From Bacteroidota bacterium (lineage in GTDB: Bacteria; Bacteroidota; Bacteroidia; JABDFU01): a DNA stretch of 64,000 bases. The notes under the pieces were generated by a model. That model made no database searches, had not been told where the DNA came from, and was given only the letters and a program-made list of their open reading frames with translations. The first letter of the stretch is position 1; the number at the start of each line of letters is the position of its first letter. Below, one piece after another: positions 43,924 through 53,445 of this stretch. The stretch is from assembly GCA_013286655.1 (NCBI GenBank), contig JABDFG010000003.1, positions 8,906 through 72,905 on the forward strand. Direction: 5' to 3'. A program made the translations under genes and the position numbers.

Positions 43924-46900
43924 TTAGTCCCGACTGATAAGTTTTGGGTTATAGTATTTACTTTCCTTGTCCTCCGGATCCATGGAAGCGGATGTGATGG
44001 GGGATTTTTTCTGTACCATGGCAAATACCAGTGGAAGTATAAGTAAGGCAGCGAATGTGGAGGCCAGCAATCCTCCTATTACAGCTCTTCCGAGAGGGGC
44101 TGTCTGATCTCCGGCTTCACCCATCCCTGATGCCATCGGTATCATGCCGACAACCATCGCCAGACTTGTCATAATTATGGGACGAAGCCTGGTGGCAGTG
44201 CCTTCCATTGCGGATAGTTCGGCATCGTTGTTTTTGAGTCGAATACTCTCTGCGTTTGTTATCAGCAAAATGGCATTTGCTACAGAAACACCCACACTCA
44301 TAATAATTCCCATGTAGGATTGCAAATTCAGTGTACAACCTGTTGCAAGTAATGAAATGAGACATCCGCAAAGAACTGCCGGAATGGTAGATAATACCAC
44401 AAAGGACAATTTGAAGGATTGAAAATTAGTAGTCAACATTAAAAAGATGACGATAATTGCAAGTAAGAGTCCTGATTGCAGACTATCCAGCGTCTCCGTT
44501 AAAAGTTTAACCAAGCCTTTGGTGCTGACTGTTAATCCCCTTGGGGGAGCTCCAATTGAAGCAATGGCCTTATTGACATCTGCGGAAGCGCTTCCCAGAT
44601 CCTTGTCGTGAATATTCGCCGTAACCGTAATCAGCCTTCGGGGACCGTCTCTGTCGTATTCACCTATGATCGTGTCAATTTTAAGTGTTGCTACATCTGC
44701 TAGTATTGGACTCGACTTATCTTTCATTAAAGGAATTTCGAGCAGGTCATTCATTTGTTTCATCTGATATTCAGGTACCTGTACCTGTACCTGATAGGCA
44801 TATCCATTGTTCGGATCAAGCCAGTAATTTTTTTCCGTGAAGCGGCTGGAAGATGTTGCGGCAATCAATGACCTGGAGACATCTGATGCAGTTAGTCCAA
44901 GTTGTCCTGCCAGTTCACGGTTTATGTTGATCGTGATAACCGGGTAACGGATGGGTTGCGCAATCTGCACGTCTCTCAGGTAAGGTATTTCTTTTAGTTT
45001 ATTCAATACTTTATCTGCGAAGACTTTCCCCTGGATCAGGTCTTTTCCGGCAACGGCGACTTCTATCGGCGTGGGAGAACCCTGGCTCATCATTTTATCT
45101 GTCAATTCGATTGGCTCAAAGGAGATTCTCAGATCAGGAATATCTGAAGCAATTTTTTTTCTGAGTTTTTCCTTAAGTTCATCCATATTCACTTTGTAGT
45201 CTTCTGCGAGGTTAACCTGTAAAACGGCCTCATGTGGTCCACTGTTGAAGATCAGGATATTGCTTGTTGCATAAGAAGAGGGCTGCAAGCCAACGTAGGC
45301 AGAAGATATAGCAACATTTTCTTTCCCTCCCACTGTTTCATATATCGCATCCAGTACCTTCAATAGCTTTCGTTCCGTTTGTTCAATGCGGGTGCCGTCG
45401 GGGGCTTTTATTCTCAGCTGAAACTGTGCTGTATTGTTTTTGGGTAATATGTCTTTACCTATAATCGCAAAACAAATGCCGATAATGGAAAATGTAAGTA
45501 TCACGTAAATAAGAACGATTCTGCGTTTTTTTGCCATCAGTTTTTCCAGGCGCACCATGAAATTTATTTTGAATTTCTCAAAGCCCTTTAACTTTTTGAC
45601 CTGGGGTTTTTCCTTCTCATAATCTTCACCCAATTGGATTACTTCGGTTTCGTTCATATTTATATCTGCGTGCAATTGAGGTGCATGATGTTTCAATTTT
45701 TCAGGCCGGAGTAGCCAATTAGCAAGAACAGGGACTAATGTCCTTGCCAGCATAAAAGAAGCAATCATGGAAAATCCTACTGCCATAGATAAAGGGATAA
45801 ACATGGACCTGGGGATTCCGGTCATTAAAAAAGAAGGTGCAAACACGGCGAGGATGCATAGCAAGATTAATAGTTCGGGATAAGCGATTTCCCGGCAGGC
45901 AGCTAAAATGGCCTGCTGTTTTGGCATTCCCATCTCGAAATGCTGGTGTATATTTTCTATTTCCACCGTGGCCATATCCACCAGGATTCCAACTGCTAAG
46001 GCCAGCCCGCTTAAGGTCATGATATTGATGGTTTGCCCGCAAAGAGATAATAGCAGGATGCAGGTGAGGATGGATACCGGAATGGTGATGATCACAATCA
46101 GCGCACTTCTGCTGTCTCCCAAAAAAAGTAAAACCATGAGTGCAGTGAGTACCGCTCCGATTACTCCTTCTGTGACCAGGCTTTTTACAGCGTTCATCAC
46201 GTAAACGGATTGATCGAATTCGTAAGAAAGCTGCACTTCTTCGGGTAAGAGGCTCTGCATTTTAGGCAGATCTGCTTTCACTGCCTGCACCACATCCCAG
46301 GTAGAGGCTTCGGCTCTTTTTGTAACGGGAATATATATCGCTCTCTTGCCATTTACAAGTGCATAACCAACTGTGATATCGGCAGCATCTTCCACTGTGG
46401 CCACATCCCGAAAAAAAACAGTTGGGCCGGCCCCTGTTTTAACAGGTATGTTTAAAAATTCGGGTACTTTTTCCAAAATCGAGTTGGTTGGAGTAATGTA
46501 CATCATATTGCCTATACGGACGTTCCCGGCGGGAGTGATGGAGTTATTGTCGGCTAAAGCTTTGACCATTTCGTCCGGAGTTACATTACGGCTTCTCATT
46601 AAATCGGGATCTGCTTTTATAACAATCGTTCTTGCATTTCCTCCAAAGGGAGGGGGGGAAGAAACACCGGGAATAGCGGCGAACAAGGGACGTATTTTGG
46701 TTGAGGCTAAATCCTGCATTTGATTGAGCGATACACTCTTGCTTTTGAATACCAATTGTCCAACCGGCAAAGAGGATGCATCAAATCGAACTACAATCGG
46801 GGGTAATGTACTGGATGGCATCTGCGCTCTTGCACGACTTACCTGTACCGAAACTTCCGCTGCTGCCTGGGCCATATCGGTACCGGGATAGAACGATAAT

Positions 46901-47178
46901 TTCAGAAGGGCCATGCCCTGGATGGCCTTTACTTCAATATTCTTTATTCCGGATACGTATAAAAACTGATCCTGATACCTTGTAGCAATAAGTCCTTCCA
47001 TTTGTTGCGGGGACATTCCGCCATATGGCTGTGCTACATAAATGGTAGGCAGATCCAGTTGTGGAAATATGTCAACGGGTATTTTACGCAGGGCCAAAAT
47101 GGAGAAAAAGAGTACCCCTACTACCAGTACCAGGATACTGATCGGTTTTTGTAAGGCTGATTTTATCAGGTTGTTCAT
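43924..47178 (-). CDS. RND superfamily efflux transporter permease (AcrB/CzcA-like)
   Basis: 1084 aa with a 12-TM/2-large-loop layout. Typical N-terminus (ISILVLVVGVLFFSILALRKIPVDIFPQLDLPTIYV) and TM4-like GILVDMATVEIENI. Confidence 0.9.
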   Translation of the reverse strand: MNNLIKSALQKPISILVLVVGVLFFSILALRKIPVDIFPQLDLPTIYVAQPYGGMSPQQMEGLIATRYQDQFLYVSGIKNIEVKAIQGMALLKLSFYPGTDMAQAAAEVSVQVSRARAQMPSSTLPPIVVRFDASSLPVGQLVFKSKSVSLNQMQDLASTKIRPLFAAIPGVSSPPPFGGNARTIVIKADPDLMRSRNVTPDEMVKALADNNSITPAGNVRIGNMMYITPTNSILEKVPEFLNIPVKTGAGPTVFFRDVATVEDAADITVGYALVNGKRAIYIPVTKRAEASTWDVVQAVKADLPKMQSLLPEEVQLSYEFDQSVYVMNAVKSLVTEGVIGAVLTALMVLLFLGDSRSALIVIITIPVSILTCILLLSLCGQTINIMTLSGLALAVGILVDMATVEIENIHQHFEMGMPKQQAILAACREIAYPELLILLCILAVFAPSFLMTGIPRSMFIPLSMAVGFSMIASFMLARTLVPVLANWLLRPEKLKHHAPQLHADINMNETEVIQLGEDYEKEKPQVKKLKGFEKFKINFMVRLEKLMAKKRRIVLIYVILTFSIIGICFAIIGKDILPKNNTAQFQLRIKAPDGTRIEQTERKLLKVLDAIYETVGGKENVAISSAYVGLQPSSYATSNILIFNSGPHEAVLQVNLAEDYKVNMDELKEKLRKKIASDIPDLRISFEPIELTDKMMSQGSPTPIEVAVAGKDLIQGKVFADKVLNKLKEIPYLRDVQIAQPIRYPVITININRELAGQLGLTASDVSRSLIAATSSSRFTEKNYWLDPNNGYAYQVQVQVPEYQMKQMNDLLEIPLMKDKSSPILADVATLKIDTIIGEYDRDGPRRLITVTANIHDKDLGSASADVNKAIASIGAPPRGLTVSTKGLVKLLTETLDSLQSGLLLAIIVIFLMLTTNFQSFKLSFVVLSTIPAVLCGCLISLLATGCTLNLQSYMGIIMSVGVSVANAILLITNAESIRLKNNDAELSAMEGTATRLRPIIMTSLAMVVGMIPMASGMGEAGDQTAPLGRAVIGGLLASTFAALLILPLVFAMVQKKSPITSASMDPEDKESKYYNPKLISRD

Positions 47179-47209
47179 TGTCTTTATTTAATTAAGTCAT
47201 TCCCCTATA

Positions 47210-47253
47210 AGTCAGACTTGCACCAGCTAGTCTGACTAATGCCGCTACGCGGC
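47210..47253 (-). other. two adjacent intercistronic stem-loops between the tolC-like and RND genes
   Basis: agtcagact-(10 nt)-agtctgact (9-bp stem, 47210-47237) and gccgc-tac-gcggc (47241-47253), inside an 87-nt gap in an otherwise tight operon. Confidence 0.5.
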
Positions 47254-47265
47254 GCTAACTATTAA

Positions 47266-48663
47266 CTATTTACTGTTTAAAAATAAATTCATATCTCCGG
47301 CCGCCGCCGCCTTCAAAAGCAGGGCTCTCCAGACATTATTATAGGCAATGACAAGATCGGATTCAGCACTGTTCAATAAATAGCTATTTTGTGCAAGATC
47401 GGCCAGTGTAGCCAGTCCCGCCTTATAGCGGGCGTCGGAACTGGCATATGCTTCAGCCGCAGATTTTAATCCAACGGGTGCTTCGACAGCTTGTGATCGG
47501 GCAATGGAAATTTGCACCTGCGCATTATCAAGTTCGGCCTGAGCTTTCAGCCTTTGTTCATCGAAGACTGATTTTGACTCCAGAGCGTACATCTGTTCGC
47601 TTTTGTACTCATTATGCACCCTTGGATAATCCAACACGTTCCATAAAAAGTAAACCCCAAGCAGATAATTATAAGCATCGTAAGAGAGTCCGTCCGAAAG
47701 GTGTGCACTATAATAATTATCATTTGTGCTGGAAATTCCTGAACCTCTTCCCATTCCGGCAGCAATAAATTTAATGGAAGGCAGGTATGATCTCATAACC
47801 GCAGTGGATTTTGCAAATTGAGATTCTTCCTGTGCCCGGTATAATTTAAGTTGCAGGTTATTATTAATGTTCACACTGTCCTGAGTGGCAAATGCAGGGA
47901 TTGAAGAAGCGTAATTCATACTATCAATTTCGACCATAGAATCATTTACTCCCAATAATTCGTTGAGCCTGATTTTCTGGGAGGCTACTTTGCCGTTTGC
48001 TTCACTTAAAATTATTCTAGCCTTTGATAATTCAGCATTAGCGAAAGAACTGTCGGTACCTGCTTTTAATCCTGACCTCGAGGCGGCGGTAATGGCGATT
48101 TTCAATTCTGCGGCGCGTTGCAGATTCTTTTCCTGTACACCTGCTTCTTTTTCAAATCCCAATAGCAAAAGGTAAGCGTCTGCCACTTTAATTTTGTGGC
48201 TGAAGAGTTCATTCTGATAGGCCAAATCGGCTTCATTTAACTGCGATTTGGCCAGGTTGATATTTGCCTTTATTTTGCCGAAATTAAAAAATGCCCAATC
48301 TACGGCTATTGTTGAGTAGGATCCATAGGCAGCGGAATAATTGTTATCCGCATGGATACTGCCTGATGTAGGGAAAGCAAAACCTCCATTTGGGATAAAC
48401 GTTCCATTAAGGCCATTGGCGGTTGCATAAGTAACCTGTTCTTGCAAATCAAGAGCGGGCATGTATTCAAGTTTATTAGCACTTAAATTAAATTCGGCAC
48501 CGCTCTTTCTAAACAGAGAGGCTTTTATCGAAGGATAATTCGCTTCTGCGAGTTTAAGTGCATCTGGCAAGGTCAATCGTTTATTTTGAGCATAGCAATT
48601 GACCGTTAGGGCATATATGTATATGCCCACAATTAATTTTCCGAAAGCATTGAAACGATTCAT
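47266..48663 (-). CDS. TolC-family outer-membrane efflux protein
   Basis: Signal peptide, LTLPDALKLAEANYPSIKA start and a duplicated coiled/barrel repeat pattern. First gene of the efflux operon. Confidence 0.85.
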   Translation of the reverse strand: MNRFNAFGKLIVGIYIYALTVNCYAQNKRLTLPDALKLAEANYPSIKASLFRKSGAEFNLSANKLEYMPALDLQEQVTYATANGLNGTFIPNGGFAFPTSGSIHADNNYSAAYGSYSTIAVDWAFFNFGKIKANINLAKSQLNEADLAYQNELFSHKIKVADAYLLLLGFEKEAGVQEKNLQRAAELKIAITAASRSGLKAGTDSSFANAELSKARIILSEANGKVASQKIRLNELLGVNDSMVEIDSMNYASSIPAFATQDSVNINNNLQLKLYRAQEESQFAKSTAVMRSYLPSIKFIAAGMGRGSGISSTNDNYYSAHLSDGLSYDAYNYLLGVYFLWNVLDYPRVHNEYKSEQMYALESKSVFDEQRLKAQAELDNAQVQISIARSQAVEAPVGLKSAAEAYASSDARYKAGLATLADLAQNSYLLNSAESDLVIAYNNVWRALLLKAAAAGDMNLFLNSK

Positions 48664-48740
48664 GTATATTTAGTTAAATAAATTGCAAACGAAATGGAGA
48701 TGGCGAGAGGTCGGCCATCTAAAGAAATGAAATCAGAAAA

Positions 48741-49169
48741 TCAAATCAGGAAACTACACTTGAGAATAAGTTTGTCAGGCTGTGAATAAACAGTCTGAAC
48801 ACGTGGAGCAGAATAAATGAAATACCGTCTGAATTCGGGTATTCTGTTTGGAAAAATTTGTCCGGATAATTGCTGCAACTTGCTTTTTAATACTTTATCT
48901 GCAAGATTAGTTGACGCAATAAATTTTAAATACCCACAGGAAAACTCTTTTTTGTTTTTCTTTACCGGTATTTCCAACACTTGTCCAAATGTCTTATGTG
49001 TAGTATCGGTAATATATGCACTATTGTTAATATATGCAAGAGAGGATATTAGAAGGTAGGATGATAATACCGTCGACACCGTGAAACAAACTATATTTTT
49101 TAAAAATCCAAAAAACATAGAAATAATTATTGTATAGCAAAAGTACAAAGAAATTATTATATACCTCAA
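48741..49169 (-). CDS. questionable hypothetical membrane protein
   Basis: 142-aa ORF with two N-terminal hydrophobic segments in an AT-rich 620-nt gap. No recognisable domain, so it could be non-coding. Confidence 0.3.
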   Translation of the reverse strand: MRYIIISLYFCYTIIISMFFGFLKNIVCFTVSTVLSSYLLISSLAYINNSAYITDTTHKTFGQVLEIPVKKNKKEFSCGYLKFIASTNLADKVLKSKLQQLSGQIFPNRIPEFRRYFIYSAPRVQTVYSQPDKLILKCSFLI

Positions 49170-49250
49170 CAGGATTTTACCCTAACCGCAGTTTCAACCC
49201 TTAAAAATGGGTTACTATCGAATATCAGGGATATTTTTTACACTGTCTTT

Positions 49251-49258
49251 TAACTTTG
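49251..49258 (+). promoter_or_regulatory. Bacteroidota-type -7 promoter box
   Basis: TAACTTTG matches TAnnTTTG, 29 nt upstream of ATG 49287. Confidence 0.35.
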
Positions 49259-49286
49259 GACTTCAGTAAAAAATGTTAAACACCAC

Positions 49287-49814
49287 ATGAGGACAATAAA
49301 ATCAAGAAGTGCCAACCAAATCCTGAAATTGCTTTTTTTTGTACTTATTGCCGGCGCGGTCGTATTGAATGATGCCGGATGTAAAAGCTCAAAGGCTGCG
49401 AAAGCAAAGGCTGCAGAAGAGGCGAGGGCTAAGGCCCAGGCGGATGAAGAGGCCAGGAGAAAGGCGGACCGGGATGCCACCGCTGCAAAGGTGGCGGCAG
49501 ATGCGAAGGCTGCTGCTGCGAAGAAGGAACCGTACGACAGGATTGAAAACTATTTTCAGCAGGTTGCCAATGCAGGAGATGTTACCAATGCCAACCAGGT
49601 TATTGCTACCGCACTGCAATCGTTTTTGTCTCCGGATATTCCCGTATTGATTATTATTTACCGTTCGGGCAGCACCGTCGATTATGATCAACCCACAACA
49701 ATCGGTAAATACCTGGCTTATATTAAGGATCAGAAAAAGAATCCGAACAGCATTGATCATCTTGAAATGGATACTAACGGAAAAATAACAGAAGTAATAT
49801 TACTAAAAAAATAA
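49287..49814 (+). CDS. hypothetical lipoprotein with an Ala/Lys/Glu-rich linker
   Basis: Lipobox-like LNDAGC, then KAAKAKAAEEARAKAQADEEARRKADRDATAAKVAADAKAAAAKKE, then a ~90-aa globular C-terminal domain. First gene of a tight 4-gene operon. Confidence 0.6.
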   Translation: MRTIKSRSANQILKLLFFVLIAGAVVLNDAGCKSSKAAKAKAAEEARAKAQADEEARRKADRDATAAKVAADAKAAAAKKEPYDRIENYFQQVANAGDVTNANQVIATALQSFLSPDIPVLIIIYRSGSTVDYDQPTTIGKYLAYIKDQKKNPNSIDHLEMDTNGKITEVILLKK

Positions 49815-49819
49815 GTTAT

Positions 49820-50398
49820 ATGTCGAGGCAATCACTCATTTTCATAGCGTTGGTGTTCTGCGGTACTGTGTCCCGGCTCTTGGGGCAAGATAACGTCAGT
49901 CCTCAGCGGAAGCATGCAATCGATTCACTGGCACTTGAAAAGATCAGAGATTTGAGTAAGTATATCAGTATAATCGGGGATAAAAGCACTTCCTTTTCCG
50001 AAGCTTCCAGAGTAGTGAAACGGGCAGATGAACTTTTTGCACCCGGGAGCAAAATGGGAGTATCTTCTCTTGCAAGTCCTGATGTTAGTTATTTTACCGT
50101 GGATAGCTATTTTCAGCGTTTAATGGCGCTGAATTATATTAAGGTCAAAATAGATTGGTATAATATCCATTATATCAGTGATCTGGAAAAGCAGCCGGAT
50201 GGAAAGTATGTAGGAGTTGTAACGATCTACCAGCGCTTCGAGGGGTACAGTGCGGAAGGACTGAAATATACGGATGTGACCAAAAAGGATGTGACGATTT
50301 ACGTAGAGAAAAAAAGCACTCAGATTAATGGCATGCCCATTGATTTCTGGGATGTGATTTTAGGGGATATGAAAGTAACGGAAACAAAAAAGCAGTAA
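49820..50398 (+). CDS. hypothetical secreted protein
   Basis: Signal peptide MSRQSLIFIALVFCGTVSRLLGQ. 5-nt gap from the previous gene. Confidence 0.6.
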   Translation: MSRQSLIFIALVFCGTVSRLLGQDNVSPQRKHAIDSLALEKIRDLSKYISIIGDKSTSFSEASRVVKRADELFAPGSKMGVSSLASPDVSYFTVDSYFQRLMALNYIKVKIDWYNIHYISDLEKQPDGKYVGVVTIYQRFEGYSAEGLKYTDVTKKDVTIYVEKKSTQINGMPIDFWDVILGDMKVTETKKQ

Positions 50399-50417
50399 AC
50401 AAACTTATACCGGAGAT

Positions 50418-51263
50418 GTGAAATCAGTCAGATGGATTTTCGGGTTACTTTGTTTCTTATTTTATTTTACCGGCGACTTATGCGCTCAACTTATTACTCA
50501 CTCTCTGGATGATGAGGTGGCTTTGTACGCGGCTACCAAACAGGTCAACCAGTTTTTCAGACGATTTAATAATGAAGAGTCTATTGACGGGACAAGGTAT
50601 TATGAAAAGGATAGTCTTTACCGGAATCCTGCCACCAGAGCCGTTTTCCTGAATTTATTATTTGATAAGGAAAACCGGCAAATAAGTGAAGGTATAAAGC
50701 TGCAATTCATCCAGGAAGTCGGGCATCCTGATAAACCTGTTTACCTCGACTTTCATGGCGGAAATTGGCTTGCCGAGGTTTCTGCTATTTTTTATTGGGA
50801 AGGGAAAGAAGTAACTACAACGTTGTTTTTGAAATTGCAGGAAGAAAAGGTTGGGTCCAAATGGGTGATCGATCGTATATGTTTCAAACCCTTTCAGGAG
50901 TATTTCAGGAAGGATACGTTGGATACGGTTCATTTTTTGCATCCCTTGAGTCATGAACTTGAATTTATGAATTTGTATGATGTTTTTCGCGATGAAAAAA
51001 AAGTCTTGCAAGATTATACGGAACGTAATTTTACACCTGATTTCCTTGCTCTTTTCCTATATGAGGTAAAAAGAGGAAATCTTCGATTCAAAACGGTCAA
51101 GGATGTTGAGTTTCATTTTTTTCAGATCGATCATTGGTATTTTAAACTTTCGCAGTTTAACCGGAAAGGGTATAACACGGGGTGGCTTATTTCAGATCTG
51201 ATAAAAGTAAATGCTAAAGAAAAGGATGAATTACTGAAGCGCATCTATAACAGGTATGAATAA
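50418..51263 (+). CDS. hypothetical secreted protein
   Basis: GTG start, signal peptide WIFGLLCFLFYFTGDLCAQ. 8-nt overlap with the downstream LRR gene. Confidence 0.6.
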   Translation: MKSVRWIFGLLCFLFYFTGDLCAQLITHSLDDEVALYAATKQVNQFFRRFNNEESIDGTRYYEKDSLYRNPATRAVFLNLLFDKENRQISEGIKLQFIQEVGHPDKPVYLDFHGGNWLAEVSAIFYWEGKEVTTTLFLKLQEEKVGSKWVIDRICFKPFQEYFRKDTLDTVHFLHPLSHELEFMNLYDVFRDEKKVLQDYTERNFTPDFLALFLYEVKRGNLRFKTVKDVEFHFFQIDHWYFKLSQFNRKGYNTGWLISDLIKVNAKEKDELLKRIYNRYE

Positions 51264-53439
51264 AGCGGTCTTTCGTTTTTTGATCATTTTCATTTTTTCT
51301 TCCTCCTCTGGTTATGCTCAGAAAACCGAGCCGGTAAAAATGGCTCCCGAGGATGTCGAAAATTATAAAAGAGATGCAGTCCGGTTGATTTCATTTTTGG
51401 AATACTCCATGAATATTATTGGGAGTGATAGCAGTACAGAGGAGGAAAAGGAAGCGGTTATCTATTCCAGCTATTTAAAAATATTCAGGGATAAAAAGGT
51501 GCTCATTGAAGATGATCTGGATGGAAACAGAAAAGTGCCGACTTCCAAGCTTGTACAGGCGTACCTGCAGGACATTGCCTATTTCTATAAAAAAATTAAG
51601 TTCGCATTGGAGATTGAAAACATAGAATTTGCCCAAAGCGAAACGCGCTTTCCTTATTTCAAAATTACGATCGACCGGCACTTACGGGGCATCAATCTTG
51701 ATCAGGATACTGTTGAAAATTTATTACGCAGATATGTCGAATTGAATATCGATCCCAGAGACAAGGAGCTTAAGATTGTGAGTATCTATACTACTCAGCC
51801 GAATGAACGGGAGGAACTTATTTCCTGGTGGAAGGGTCTGCCTGTTGAATGGCAAATGGTATTGACAAAGGAAGCAGCCCTGACTGATTCTGTTTCATAC
51901 GAACAGCTGAAAAAAGTAAGGGGATTGGAAACACTTGACCTTTCGGGAAACACAGGTATAAGAGATTTCAATCCTCTTTCGGGATTGAGTGAATTAAAAC
52001 AAATTAATTTGTCGGGGACTTCTATTGTTAACCTTGATGTGCTTAGAAATCTTCTTCAACTGGAACTACTAAAACTGGATAATACACCTGTTGTGACGAT
52101 CCCCCCATTGATTTATTTACGCAAATTGAGTGCTTTGTATATTGATCATACCGGAATTTCCAGCCTGGACTTCGTTAAGTTTTTCCCTTGTCTGCGAAAG
52201 TTGTCGTGTGCAGGGACCCCTATCCATGATCTTTCTCCCGTTTCGGGATTGAAACTACTGGAGGAGTTGGATGTATCCAATACTGCGGTTGCTTCTCTGC
52301 AACCTATTGCCCAACTGAAAGGATTGAAAAAAATAATCTGTGATGCGACCCCTGTCAGTGAACAGGAAATTATTGAGTTCAGACGACAACATACCGATGC
52401 GCTGGTTATTTATGAATCGGAGAGGCTTGTTAACTGGTGGAATAATCTGGATCCCGAATGGAAATCTTTTTTTAAACAGCGTAAGCAACTAATGGATACT
52501 CCTTCTAAGGAGCAATTGACTGCTTTGGTCAAAATAGATTCTGTTGACGTTTCGGGTAATCAAAAAATTGTTGATTTGCTTCCTTTGAAAATATTGTCAA
52601 ATCTTAAAGTGCTGCGTTTCAGCAATACCGGAGTAAATACACTTGATCCGCTCGCAGATATGCTTACCCTTCAAACAATCGATCTTTCAAACACGAAAAT
52701 TAAGGATCTGGCTCCCCTCAAAGATCTTCCCAGGTTAAGCCTCCTGATCTGTGAGCATACGTCTGTAGATAGTTTACCACTTGCTCAATTTATACTGAGC
52801 CACAGGAAGAGCTGCCTGGTTGTATACAAATCAACGGAATTACTGGAATGGTGGGAACATTTAACGAATGAATGGAGGAAGACCTTTCGAAATTATCTGC
52901 GTTTGGATGCTTCGCCAACGGTACAACAATTACATCAATTAATAAAACTGGATTCTGTTGATGCCAGTGGTAAAAGTATAGAAAACATAGGGCCTTTAGG
53001 GGAGTTTTTATTCCTGAAATATTTAGGACTGTCCAAATGTGGGCTTGGCACCATTCCCGATCTCAGGGGCTTTGTCTATTTGACAACTCTGAATATTTCT
53101 GATAATCCGATCATTGACCTGCAACCGATCGAAAATATTTCGGGGTTAAAAAACATTAACTGCAGCAATACGGCCATTCGGGATCTGATGCCTTTGCAAA
53201 AACTTATTCACCTGGAAGTTTTGAAGTGCTCCGGTACGCGTATAAAAGACGTAGAACCGGTTTCGAAATTGTTTAATCTTTCTTTTCTGGATATTTCCAA
53301 TACGGTGATCAAAAGTGTTGTGCCTCTGGACAAACTTAAAAAGATGAATACCCTGATCTGTTATAATACGAAGATTCCGAAAAGCAAAATGGATAAGTTT
53401 GTAAAGGGGCATCCAGCCTGTCGCCTTTCCTATTTTTAG
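51256..53439 (+). CDS. secreted leucine-rich-repeat protein with three capped LRR modules
   Basis: Signal peptide and a ~185-aa N-terminal domain. Then 3 x [L..WW..L..EW...F...QL..L.K.DSVD.SGN + 22-aa LRRs (L..L..L.L..T.I.DL.PL) + cap LIC..T.V]. Confidence 0.75.
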   Translation: MNKAVFRFLIIFIFSSSSGYAQKTEPVKMAPEDVENYKRDAVRLISFLEYSMNIIGSDSSTEEEKEAVIYSSYLKIFRDKKVLIEDDLDGNRKVPTSKLVQAYLQDIAYFYKKIKFALEIENIEFAQSETRFPYFKITIDRHLRGINLDQDTVENLLRRYVELNIDPRDKELKIVSIYTTQPNEREELISWWKGLPVEWQMVLTKEAALTDSVSYEQLKKVRGLETLDLSGNTGIRDFNPLSGLSELKQINLSGTSIVNLDVLRNLLQLELLKLDNTPVVTIPPLIYLRKLSALYIDHTGISSLDFVKFFPCLRKLSCAGTPIHDLSPVSGLKLLEELDVSNTAVASLQPIAQLKGLKKIICDATPVSEQEIIEFRRQHTDALVIYESERLVNWWNNLDPEWKSFFKQRKQLMDTPSKEQLTALVKIDSVDVSGNQKIVDLLPLKILSNLKVLRFSNTGVNTLDPLADMLTLQTIDLSNTKIKDLAPLKDLPRLSLLICEHTSVDSLPLAQFILSHRKSCLVVYKSTELLEWWEHLTNEWRKTFRNYLRLDASPTVQQLHQLIKLDSVDASGKSIENIGPLGEFLFLKYLGLSKCGLGTIPDLRGFVYLTTLNISDNPIIDLQPIENISGLKNINCSNTAIRDLMPLQKLIHLEVLKCSGTRIKDVEPVSKLFNLSFLDISNTVIKSVVPLDKLKKMNTLICYNTKIPKSKMDKFVKGHPACRLSYF

Positions 53440-53445
53440 GTATTT

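Noticed and set aside
49250-49760. Three overlapping alternative-frame ORFs (49250..49480 minus, 49369..49650 plus, 49389..49760 minus).
   Set aside because: They arise from the GC-rich GCN/AAR codon run that encodes the Ala/Lys/Glu linker of the lipoprotein (49287..49814), which has the signal peptide and operon context.
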